DNA of 64,000 nucleotides from Eledone cirrhosa (lineage: Eukaryota): contig OZ024761.1 of NCBI GenBank assembly GCA_964016885.1, positions 7,936,001 through 8,000,000 of the forward strand. Direction: 5' to 3'. The position numbers and the translations under genes were made by a program. The notes beneath the pieces were generated by a model. The model saw nothing but the letters and a program-made list of their open reading frames with translations. It ran no database searches and was not told the DNA's origin. Position 1 is the first letter of the stretch. Each line of letters begins with the position of its first letter. This document shows, in pieces, positions 44,161 to 53,731 of the stretch.

Positions 44161-44197
44161 ATTGCAGGTTGGTGAGGCTATTTAACTATAGCTGGAT

Positions 44198-44337
44198 AAA
44201 CTCATTTCTACAGTTGCTGAGTGAACTGAAGCAACGTGAAATAAAGTGTCTTGCTCAAGAGCCTGGTCTGAGAATCAAACTCACAACCTCAGGATTGTAA
44301 GCCAGACGCTCTAACTACTAAGCTGTGTGCTTTCACA
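44198..44337 (-). mobile_element. Diverged partial tRNA-derived SINE (head plus CORE-like domain)
   Basis: Minus strand: GCTTAGTAGTTAGAGC (A-box like), GAGTTTGATTCTC (B-box like), CTTGAGCAAGACACTTTATTTCAC...CTGTAGAAATGAG as in the copies at 46914, 53371 and 61385. Confidence 0.85.
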
Positions 44338-44338
44338 T

Positions 44339-44384
44339 ATCATCATCATATGTCCATCTTCCACGCTAGCATAGGTTGAATAGT
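44339..44384 (-). mobile_element. Isolated RTE-type 3' tail remnant
   Basis: (ATC)n followed by ATGTCCATCTTCCACGCTAGCATAGGTT, matching tails at 61019 and 63569. Confidence 0.65.
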
Positions 44385-44430
44385 TTTGTTCCAGATCTGA
44401 CTGACATATTAGCTTACATTTACATTTAGA

Positions 44431-45149
44431 TTACATTTATTGTATTCAGATTACATTTATTGTATTCAGATTACATTTAATGTATTCAGATTACATTTAA
44501 TGTATTCAGATGACATTTAATGTATTCAGATTACATTTAATGTATTCAGATTACATTTAATGTATTCAGACTACATTTAATGTATTCAGATTACATTTAA
44601 TGTATTCAGATTACATTTAATGTATTCAGATTACATTTAATGTATCCAGATTACATTTAATGTATTCAGATTACATTTAATGTATTCAGATTACATTTAA
44701 TGTATCCAGATTACATTTAATGTATTCAGATTACATTTAATGTATTCAGATTACATTTAATGTATCCAGATTACATTTAATGTATTCAGATTACATTTAA
44801 TGTATTCAGATTACATTTAATGTATTCAGATTACATTTAATGTATCCAGATTACATTTAATGTATCCAGATTACATTTAATGTATTCAGATTACATTTAA
44901 TGTATTCAGATTACATTTAATGTATTCAGATTACATTTAATGTATCCAGATTACATTTAATGTATTCAGATTACATTTAATGTATCCAGATTACATTTAA
45001 TGTATTCAGATTACATTTAATGTATTCAGATTACATTTAATGTATCCAGATTACATTTAATGTATTCAGATTACATTTAATGTATTCAGATTACATTTAA
45101 TGTATTCAGATTACATTTAATGTATTCAGATTACATTTAACGTATCCAG
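44431..45149. repeat. 20-bp minisatellite TTACATTTAATGTA(T/C variant)TTCAGA-type unit, about 36 copies
   Basis: Exact 20-bp periodicity (TTACATTTAATGTATTCAGA, variant ...GTATCCAGA); internal inverted repeat TACATT-T-AATGTA. Confidence 0.99.
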
Positions 45150-45228
45150 TCATGTAGAGCGAAAAACATTCTTTTTTTTTAATTTTTAATATGACAAAGC
45201 CGGCCATTGATCGCTCGTATACAGGAAA

Positions 45229-45338
45229 CTGACTGGCCAGTCTGCTGACATGCAAATCTGGCTGATCAGTGGAACTGCTAATATGCAGATCTGACTGATC
45301 AGCCAGTCTGTTAATATGCAAATCAAGCCGATCAGTCA
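45229..45338. repeat. Diverged 33-bp tandem repeat, about 3 copies
   Basis: CTGATCAG...CTG(C/T)TAATATGCA(A/G)ATC recurs every 33 bp; appears as an 11-aa repeat in ORF 45106..45339. Confidence 0.75.
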
Positions 45339-45382
45339 CTGTATATTTTAGAAGATATCATATATTTTCACTAGCTCTGACA

Positions 45383-45465
45383 GTTGGCAGGTGAACAGTG
45401 AGTCGTACTGATGAAGGGTAATTACCTAGAAACATTAGTGTCTGCAGTTCTGTTTACATGCCAAC
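45383..45465 (+). ncRNA. Putative type I hammerhead ribozyme with canonical core
   Basis: CTGATGA (45408), stem II GGGT-AATT-ACCT, GAAA, stem III ACA-TTAG-TGT, GTC triplet (45440-45442); long distal stem I GTTGGCA.GTGAACAG / CTGTTTAC.TGCCAAC; the proximal stem I is weak (3 bp). Confidence 0.65.
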
Positions 45466-45576
45466 ACAAGAGCAAGAATGAAGGGCTCATTCTACTGACA
45501 TGGCTATAAAAATGAGGCTTGTTTTCATAATTGCAAACGAATTGAATATTATTATTAATATTTGAAAAACTGATTA

Positions 45577-45616
45577 CATTTATATATATATATAAATGTA
45601 TATATATATATATATA

Positions 45617-45672
<56 letters not shown>
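45577..45672. repeat. (TA)n microsatellite
   Basis: Direct. Confidence 0.95.
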
Positions 45673-45674
<2 letters not shown>

Positions 45675-45849
45675 GTGAGGTAACATCGTTTTTTCTCCCT
45701 CATATCAAGAAATTTGAAGACAATTCATTTTCACCTGGTGAGATCAGTGATAATTGATCGTGGCTTCACAATCAATCTATCTCTTATTGAAACATGTGTC
45801 GTGATTAAATGATTGGAATTTTACCTTGCCTTCAGATTTTCATTTTGAT

Positions 45850-46917
45850 ATCATCATCATCATCATCATCATTTTACGTCCGCTTTTCCCTGCTTGCAAG
45901 GGTGGGACGGGTCTTATTCAGCACAGCATCTCTCCACTCGTCACGGTCCCTCGTCATCTCCACCGTGAGCTTCAATGATCTGAGGTCTGTTCTCACCACC
46001 TCCGCCCATGTTTTTCGTGGTCTACCTCTACCACGTCTTCCTTCAACTGGCATTTCCTGGCACTTCTTCACCCATCGGTCATCCTCCATGCGCATCACAT
46101 GTCCATACCACCTCAGTCTCCTCTCCCGTACACTACATTCTATCCCTCTCAGACACAGTTTCTCTCTCAACACATTTATGCTGGGTCGTTCACGCACATT
46201 TACACTGCACATCCAACGGAGCATGCTTGCCTCATTTCTCTCCAGCCGTCGCATATCTTCTGCGGTAGCTGCCCATGTCTCACTACCATGCAGCATCGCG
46301 CTCCTCACACAGGCATCATACAACCGGCCTTTCGTACGCAGGGAGAAACCCTTCTTCGTCAACAGAGGAAGCAGCTCCCTAAACTTCTTCCAACCCGTCC
46401 TTATTCTAGATACTATGGCCTCGGAACACCCTCCTCCCATGCTAATCTGATCTCCTAGGTACCGGAAGCTATCCACCACTTCTATAGCGCCCTCTCGCAT
46501 TTGAAAAATGTGTCTTTCAGTGCGACTTCTACTGTCTAATTTCCCTGTACATCTACTGCATACATATTTCTCCCTACCTGTTAGTTTGCCTGCTATCCCG
46601 CTACATCTCTTGTGTACCCAGGACCTACATTGTGTGCATTTTATAGAATTTATGCCAGTTCCTTTTCTGCATATCGAACATGGCCATTTCCCTGACGGAA
46701 TCAGGGTTTTGTCCTCTTTTCTACTCATCAACACTTTTGTCTTAGCTAGATTTACTCTCAGTCCTCTTGCTTCCAACTGCTGTTTCCATAGCCGGAATTT
46801 ATTCTCTAGCTCCTCTACTGATTCTGCCATAAGAGCCAGATCGTCAGCATAGAGAAGTTCCCATGGACAGCCAGTCTTAAACTCCTCTGTTATGGCTTGG
46901 AGGACTATAATGAACAT
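45850..46917 (-). mobile_element. RTE-clade LINE family A, 5'-truncated, apparently young copy with (TGA)n tail
   Basis: Uninterrupted ORF to the stop, almost no 3' UTR, (TGA)n tail. Confidence 0.95.
45874..46917 (-). CDS. C-terminal part of RTE ORF: RT (YADD), C4HC3 PHD-like finger, thumb region and GRPRKTW C-terminus; 5'-truncated, start codon is a junction artefact
   Basis: WELLYADDL, KTKVL, CSIC-x9-CTQC-x4-H-x2-C..CSRC, FRYLG, MLHGSETW, RRLRWYGHVMRM. Confidence 0.85.
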   Translation of the reverse strand: MFIIVLQAITEEFKTGCPWELLYADDLALMAESVEELENKFRLWKQQLEARGLRVNLAKTKVLMSRKEDKTLIPSGKWPCSICRKGTGINSIKCTQCRSWVHKRCSGIAGKLTGREKYVCSRCTGKLDSRSRTERHIFQMREGAIEVVDSFRYLGDQISMGGGCSEAIVSRIRTGWKKFRELLPLLTKKGFSLRTKGRLYDACVRSAMLHGSETWAATAEDMRRLERNEASMLRWMCSVNVRERPSINVLREKLCLRGIECSVRERRLRWYGHVMRMEDDRWVKKCQEMPVEGRRGRGRPRKTWAEVVRTDLRSLKLTVEMTRDRDEWRDAVLNKTRPTLASREKRT

Positions 46918-47240
46918 GGCTTAGTGGTTAGAGCATTGGCCTTGCAATCAAAAGGTTGTGAGTTCAATTCTCAGACCGGGTGATGTGTTGTTTCCTTGAG
47001 CAAGACACTTTATTTCACATAGCTCCAGTTTACTCAGCTGTAGAAATGAGATGATAGGGACTGGGGTCCCTATCATTCCACTGCAAAGTGGTCGTGGAGG
47101 TGCCACGGCAAAAAAGCACCCAGCACTCACTGTAAATGAGGTTGGTGTTAGGAAGGGCATCCAGCTTTAGAAATCAAGCCAGAATTAGTTCCCGTCCCAC
47201 CCTTGCAAGCAGGGAAAAAGCGGACGTAAAATGAAATGAA
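46914..47240 (+). mobile_element. tRNA-derived CORE-type SINE with RTE-derived 3' end (family 1)
   Basis: A box TGGCTTAGTGG, B box GAGTTCAATTC, CORE-like CCTTGAGCAAGACACTT..CTGTAGAAATGAG; last ~45 nt near-identical to the RTE family A tail. Confidence 0.92.
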
Positions 47241-47546
47241 TATAATATATAACATTGATAACTTTGTTAGGTATCGGTCAGTATTGGCCCAGGCCATGTC
47301 TAATAGCACCGCCTGGCAAAATCTTTGAAATCATGATACACGCCTCAGTCATGTTTTGGACACTGTGACCAACTCCACTCAAGTAGAGAGTTATTGTCTT
47401 CGGGGACATAACCGCATGTAGGGAATTTATCTGGAATTCCTTGGGAGAATTTCTCCTGTTTCTGTTTTAATGTGTTTTGGTGTGATGTTAGAGAGAGTGG
47501 GACCAGTTGAGGTGAAATATTTGTGGATTAATGTGGTTATAAATAC

Positions 47547-47757
47547 AATAATTGTTTCTACTTTTGGCACAAGGCCAGCAATTTGAAGGGGAGCGGAAAG
47601 TCGATTAAATCGACACCAGTACATTACTGATGCTTTATTTTATCGACCCCCATAAGGATGAAAGGAAAAGCTAACCACGGCTGGATTTGAACTCAGAACG
47701 TAAAGAGCTGTAACTCTATGCCGCGAAGCATGTCCCACGCTCTACCGATACTGCCAA
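47547..47757 (-). mobile_element. tRNA-derived SINE family 2
   Basis: Minus strand TGGCAGTATCGGTAGAG (A box), GAGTTCAAATCC (B box), CCTTTCATCCTT..GGGGTCGATAAAAT; second copy at 63368. Confidence 0.85.
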
Positions 47758-47785
47758 ATAATTGTATTTAATGTATTTAATTGCA

Positions 47786-47819
47786 AAGGCCAGATGTAGA
47801 TAGATCTACATCTGGCCTT
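47786..47819. repeat. Perfect 16-bp inverted repeat with 2-nt spacer
   Basis: AAGGCCAGATGTAGAT-AG-ATCTACATCTGGCCTT. Confidence 0.95.
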
Positions 47820-48043
47820 CACAATGTATCCATCTCTCTCTCTCTGTATCTATATATGTATATACAATTGTTCCCTGGTAATCACAGGGGTGACATTCCT
47901 AGAGCCCCCACAAAGAGTGAAAAACCACGAATATTGGACATGGTCCATAAAAAATGCCTATGAATGTCAAAATATAACATAAAATATGATAAAAAAGGGA
48001 ATGTCTTATGTGAAGGGGCATCCAAATAGGCCGGCAAATACGG

Positions 48044-48430
48044 TATATTGTTGTTATATTATATTGTTATATTGTTATATTGTTGTTATATTGTTGTTAT
48101 ATTATATTGTTATATTGTTGTTATATTATATTGTTATATTGTTATATTGTTGTTATATTATATTGTTATATTGTTGTTATATTATATTGTTATATTGTTA
48201 TATTGTTGTTATATTGTTGTTATATTATATTGTTATATTATATTGTTATATTGTTGTTATATTATATTGTTATATTGTTGTTATATTATATTGTTATATT
48301 GGTGTTATATTGTTGTTATATTATATTGTTATATTGGTGTTATATTATATTGTTATATTGTTGTTATATTGTTGTTATATTATATTGTTATATTGGTGTT
48401 ATATTATATTGTTATATTGGTGTTATATTA
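48044..48430. repeat. Compound low-complexity repeat (TATTG/TTG/ATATT modules)
   Basis: Direct; resumes briefly at 48938-48953 after the Helitron-like insert. Confidence 0.95.
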
Positions 48431-48937
48431 TCTATATATATAAAACTGAGGATGTCTGTCTGTGTGTGTGTGTCTGTGAGTTTGAATCCCTAAAACTCGA
48501 GAAGTACCCAACCGATTTTTTTCAAACTTTACATGTGTATTACTTATGTTTCAGGGAGTGTTATGCACATAATCAACTTTTTGGTCCCCTAGGGTCTGCA
48601 TTAGGTGAAAAACTGCGTTTTATCAGCTTTTTAGTTTTTTTTTGAGGCGTTACGTCAGACCAATTTCCTTGAAATTGTAACTATGTATTAGTCAGTCTCT
48701 TCTTCATACCGTGAGCAAAGAAAATCCAACTTTTTTATTGCCTAGGGCCCGCATTAGGTGAAAACCTGCATTTTTCCTGCTTCATCGAGGAAAATCTTAA
48801 AGATTATCCAGCCATCAGAGTATTCGGTTTATTTTCTTTACGTTTTATCCAGGCATGCAGTTTTTCCACGATTAGGTCTGTTGGCGGCCCACGTTCCAAA
48901 ATACCTTATCCTGTGCAACGCTGGGTACCACTGCTTG
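48431..48937 (+). mobile_element. Non-autonomous Helitron-like element
   Basis: 5' TCTATATATATAAAA followed by GT-rich microsatellite; 3' GC-rich imperfect hairpin CCTGTGCAACGCTGGG then ...GCTTG (degenerate CTAG); inserted between A and T with no TSD, splitting the flanking microsatellite. Confidence 0.75.
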
Positions 48938-48974
48938 TATTGTTATATTGTTATTAATAATTTAGTGTTAAACA

Positions 48975-49095
48975 TTTATATTACCTCGAAAAAAGCCTTT
49001 GAAAAAATTGTGGAAGATATTTACGATTCCTCTAATATGCGGTGGTTTCCACAAACAATTGTTAGTTGGGTTCTGAGGAAAATTGTGGGAATAAC
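48975..49095 (+). pseudogene. Possible highly degenerate RTE RT fragment
   Basis: Frameshifted LEK/KAFEK and PQTIVSWVLRKI resemble DLEKAFNRVPRAIIWWALRKI of the neighbouring RTE. Confidence 0.35.
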
Positions 49096-49121
49096 CAGGA
49101 CCACTAATGTCGGCGATACAT

Positions 49122-52100
49122 TCATCATCATCATCATTTTACGTCTGCTTTTCCCTGCTTGCAAGGGTGGGATGGGAACTGATTCTGGCTTGATTTCTAC
49201 AGTTGGATGCCCTTCCTAACACCAACCTCATTTACAGTGAGTGCTGGGTGCTTTTTTTTTCCGTGGCGCCTACATATCCACTTTACAGAGTGGGCTGGGT
49301 GTTTTTTTTGTCGTGGCACCTCCTCCCACTTTGCAGTGGGAGGAGGTGGGGGCATATTGTCTATATGCTTCAGCTTCGGCTTGTACCCGTGGGAAGTTGG
49401 GTCTTCTGTATTACTGCATGACGCCAGAGGTCACGGTCCTGTGTCATCACCTTTGAGAGGTGTAATTGTGTAAGGTTGGCTTTTATCTCCTCATCCCAGG
49501 TCTTCTTGGATCTCCCCACTCCATGGCTTCCATCAACTTTTAGTGTTCTGCACCTTTTTATGCAGCTGTCATCCTTCATACACATCACATGTCCATACCA
49601 ACGCAACCTCCTCTCCTGCACACAGCATTTGATTCCTCTTATGCTCAGTCTCTCAATTTGTTTATGCTTTGCCGTTCATGTATATTACTATTACACATCC
49701 ATTGGAGCATGCAAGATTTGTTTCTTTCTAATCTATGCAAGTCTTCTACACACAGCACCCAGATCTCACTTCCATGTAACATTGCTGTTCGTATGCACAC
49801 ATGATACAGTCTGCCTTTCATTTTGAGGTAAAAGCCTTTTGCAGCTAGCAGTGGTAGTAGCTCCCTGAACTTCTTCCATCGCGTTTTTACCCTGGCTACT
49901 GTACCTTCAGAATTCCCACCTCTGTTGCTAATTCGGTCACCCAGGTAGCAGAAGCTGCCTACTGTTCCTACCGAGCCCTCCTAGGATTTGGTAACGCTTG
50001 TTTCCTGTTTAATGTCTTGGTGCAACTGCTACATGTAAAGCCTACATTCTTAGCCAAACTTCCTGAGATCCCACTACATCTCTTGTGTATCCAATCTTGT
50101 ATTTGGGGCAGAGGATAGAATTCCTACCTACACGTTTCCTACATACTGAGCAAGGCCATTTCCCTGAGGGAATCTGGGTTCTGTTTTCTCTTCTACTTAC
50201 TAGGGCTTTAGCCTTTGTCAGATTGACTTTAAGACCTCTTCTTTCTAAGTGCTGCTTCCATATTTGGAATTTCTTCTCTAGTTCCACCATATGAGTGTAA
50301 GATCATCTGCGTACAAGAGTTCCCATGGGGATCCGGTCTTAAACTCCTCTGTTATAGCCTGCAATATGATAATAAACAGGAGAGGGCTAAGAACAGCCCT
50401 GATGGACACTGACCTGTATGCTAAAATCCTCACTATAGTCATTGCTAACCCTAACTTTGCTGACTGCTCCCCTATGCATGGCTTGTACAGCTTTCACAAG
50501 CCATTCATCTACTCCTATTTTTCTAAGAGCCCACCAGATTATAGCACGGGGAACTCTGTTGAAGGCTTTTTCCAGATCGACAAATGCCAGGTAGAGCGGC
50601 TTACTTTTAGCTAGGTACTTTTCCTGTAACTGCCTCACAAGGAAGAGAGCATCAATGGTACTTTTTCCTGACACAAACCCAACCTGCATGTCATCTAGTT
50701 TTACCCGGCCCTAATCAACTGCGCTATAACTCTTTCCGTTACTTTCATAACCTGGTCCATCAGCTTTATACCTCTATAGTTTCCTCTATCTAGCACATCA
50801 CCTTTACCCTTGTAGCAGTTGATAATGATGCTGCTGTGCCAATCCTTTGGTATGACACCCTCTAGTGTTATGTGGTTAACAATACATGTGGTTATGGTGT
50901 GACCTACCAACCCAGATGCTTTCAGCATCTTGGCAGCTATACCCGATGGACCAGTTGCCTTCCCAGTCTTCATATCTTTAATTGCCTTACTACGCTGCTG
51001 CTGACTTGTATTGCTGGTACCTCTATAGGGTTCACTTGGGGTAGAGTCTCTTTCTCCCATGCATTCTCCTCATTTAGTAAACTTTCATAAATGCTCTTCC
51101 ACGCATCTTTCTTCTCAGCACTTGTGAGGGCAAGCTCACATTTATCAGTCCGGATACACTTCTCTCCAATGACATCACAATTCTCTCTGACACACTGCCT
51201 TACAATCCTGAACACCTCCTGTTTCTGGTTCTCACGTTGCAAGACATGCTTGAATTTTCTATCCTCCACTTCCCTTCTAGCTAAGTACACTTGTCGTCTA
51301 GCTTCCCTCCTGGTCTCTATGTAATGTACCCTGCTTCCCCCCGTTCTTCCATTCTTTCCATGCCTGTCTCTTAGCCTTAACTGCCTCATCTACCTTATTG
51401 TTCCACCACCAAGTTACTTTTCTCCCTGTGGTCTTGCTCCAACCACAAATCTCATCCATTGCCTTTAGTAAGTTATTTTTTAGGAACGCCCAGTGCTCTT
51501 CTACCTTGAATGTCTCTATCTCTGTTCTTCTTTACTGTCATAGGTGTCAAGTAAAATATCTTTAAATCTGTTACTGGCTGAGGGGTCTTTCAGCTTTCAG
51601 ATCTTTCTTCTCCAGGTTGCCTTCTGTTTCGAAGTTCGTCTAGTTCTGACAATGAGGTCGCTGATAACTAAGCTATGTTGGGAGGTACATTCCTCACTAG
51701 GGAAGGCTTTCGTGTTTACAACCGTCCATCTGTCACGTCCTCTGATGATGATAAAATCTATCTGACTAGAATGCTCCTCTGATCTATAGGTGATCAGATG
51801 GTTGTCGGGTTTTTTGAAGTTTGTGTTACATATCGACATATCATTGGCGTCACAGAATTCTAGAAGCCTGAAGCCTTCTTCATTTTTTGTGCCAAACCCA
51901 TAGCCTCCATGGACTCTATAGAAGCCATCACAGTATTTCCCCAACATGTGTGTTAAAGTCTCCAGCAATGATTAGGAAGTCATTGTCGTTTGTTAGGGCA
52001 GTAGTGTGCATTAGGGACTCGTAAAACCTATCTTTAAGTTCGTCTGTCAACCTAGATTGAGGTGTGTAAGCTGATATAATTGTAGCAATTGTTTTATTCA

Positions 52101-52350
52101 GGACTAGTCTGAGTTTAATGATTCTTGCGTTCACCCTGTTCACTGAGATTACCTTATCAACCCATTTGTCAGCTAATAGTATACCTACACCTCCCATTCC
52201 GTTGTCATTTTCCACCCAGAAAAATTTGTAGCATTGACTTTTGCCTACGAGGACTCTAGTGGACTCTCCTCTCCATCTAGTCTTTTGCACATAGCATACA
52301 TCGATTTCATTTTGCTCTAGCATCTCTACAATTTCTGAATTTTGACACCT
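49122..52350 (-). mobile_element. RTE-clade LINE family B, near full-length, frameshifted (endonuclease plus RT plus PHD-like finger, ~250-nt 3' UTR)
   Basis: EN motifs QKTRWRG, SAYTPQ, AGDFNTH, SQIDFI, SQHSLV; RT motifs NYRGIKL, FVDLEKAF, VHQG, YADD; (TGA)n tail. Confidence 0.95.
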
Positions 52351-52459
52351 CAGCACATCAGCCATACTCACTGAACCAGAACGATTTCTCCCCATCCATT
52401 TTTCTTGACCATTATCTTTGGTTTGGCACAAAACTCCCTATGACAAATCATGTGACTGT

Positions 52460-52825
52460 GAAAACAGCTACAAAGAACCCCCAAATACGAATTGGCACAA
52501 AATTTAATGTACTTATTCATGTGACAGTCATAACCAATCAAATTATATTTATAAAAAAACCCATTTTGAGCCACTTTTTTAAGTGAAAATGACAATAAAG
52601 AACCCTCAAACGCGAACTGGCACAAAAGTTGATGTACTTATTCACGTGACTGTCATCAACCAACCAAAGTTCACTTATATATGAAAAACCAATTTGAGCC
52701 CCCTTTTTTTTAAAGGCAAATGTAATAAGAACTTTGTAATGTGAACTGGCGCGAGATTTATTATACTTATTCACATGACAGTCATCAACCAACCAAATTA
52801 CTCTTTTAAAAAACCCAGCAATTCA
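52460..52825. repeat. Diverged tandem repeat, about 125-130 bp x 3
   Basis: GAA(C/T)TGGC..TACTTATTCA(C/T)(G/A)TGAC(A/T)GTCAT..AACCAA recurs near 52490, 52615 and 52743. Confidence 0.85.
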
Positions 52826-52878
52826 AGCCACTTTTTTCCACATAAAACAGAAGTAATATTCGAACACCAACCAGATGC

Positions 52879-53278
52879 GAGAAAAACCACAAACCCTCCA
52901 TCTCAATTCTACTTTTGAAAAGCATAAGAACTGTGAAATCGGTAAAGGAAACAAATAAATATTCTTAAAAAGACTCCAGTTGCATTTTTTATTTCTTTTT
53001 CTAATATATATGTATATATATATATATACACATATGTATGTAACTTTGAGTATGTGTTGGTTGTTTACCAACACTTCAGTACGTAGGTTAGAGCACGCAA
53101 CGAAGTGCGCAGGTAGTCTGTTTACTCTGCAGCAAATATGAATTATATATATATATGAGAAAAACCACAGACCCTCCATCTCAACTCACCTTTTGAAAAG
53201 TAGAAGAACTGCGAAACCGGTAAAGGAACCAAATAAATATATATATTTAAAAAAAAAATAAGACTCCAGTTGCATTTT
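52879..53278. repeat. Direct repeat pair of about 115 bp (52879-52990 and 53157-53278)
   Basis: GAGAAAAACCACA.ACCCTCCATCTCAA...GGTAAAGGAA...AGACTCCAGTTGCATTTT in both. Confidence 0.85.
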
Positions 53279-53370
53279 CGATTTCATCTCTTTTTCTTTA
53301 TACTTTCACTAGTGTAGGACACCTCGGTTATTTTTCATTTTGTAAAAAAAACCTCACTTTCTAATATATA

Positions 53371-53719
53371 TCATCATCATCATCATCATCATTTCATTTT
53401 ATGTCTACTTTTCCCTGCTTGCAAGGGTGGGACGGGAACTGATTCTGGCTTGATTTCTACAGCTGGATGCCCTTCCTAACACCAACCTCATTTACAGTGA
53501 GTGCTGGGTGCTTTTTTGCCGTGGCACCTCCACGACCACTTTGCAGTGGAATGATAGGGTCCGCAGTACCTATCATCTCATTTCTACAGCTGAGTAAACT
53601 GGAGCAATGTGAAATAAAGTGTCTTGCTCAAGGAAACAACACATCACCCGGTCTGAGAATTGAACTCACAACCTTTCGATTGCAAGGCCAATGCTCTAAC
53701 CACTAAGCCATGTGCCTCC
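53371..53719 (-). mobile_element. Full-length SINE family 1
   Basis: Near-identical to 46914-47240 and 61385-61730; starts GGAGGCACATGGCTTAGTGG, ends AAATGAAA(TGA)n. Confidence 0.95.
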
Positions 53720-53731
53720 ATATATATATAT

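Noticed and set aside
45106-45339. Repeat-containing 77-aa protein
   Set aside because: Explained by a 33-bp DNA repeat; runs into the minisatellite and has no clear start or splice context.
46914-46985. tRNA genes
   Set aside because: tRNA-like heads continue into SINE bodies and lack a proper acceptor stem.
47427-47546. KYFTSTGPTL peptide resembling a LINE linker
   Set aside because: Too short, with no supporting motifs nearby.
47986-48645. Long Tyr/Cys/Ile/Leu-rich ORFs, and similar YI-repeat ORFs at 55.2 and 60.2 kb
   Set aside because: Translations of microsatellites.
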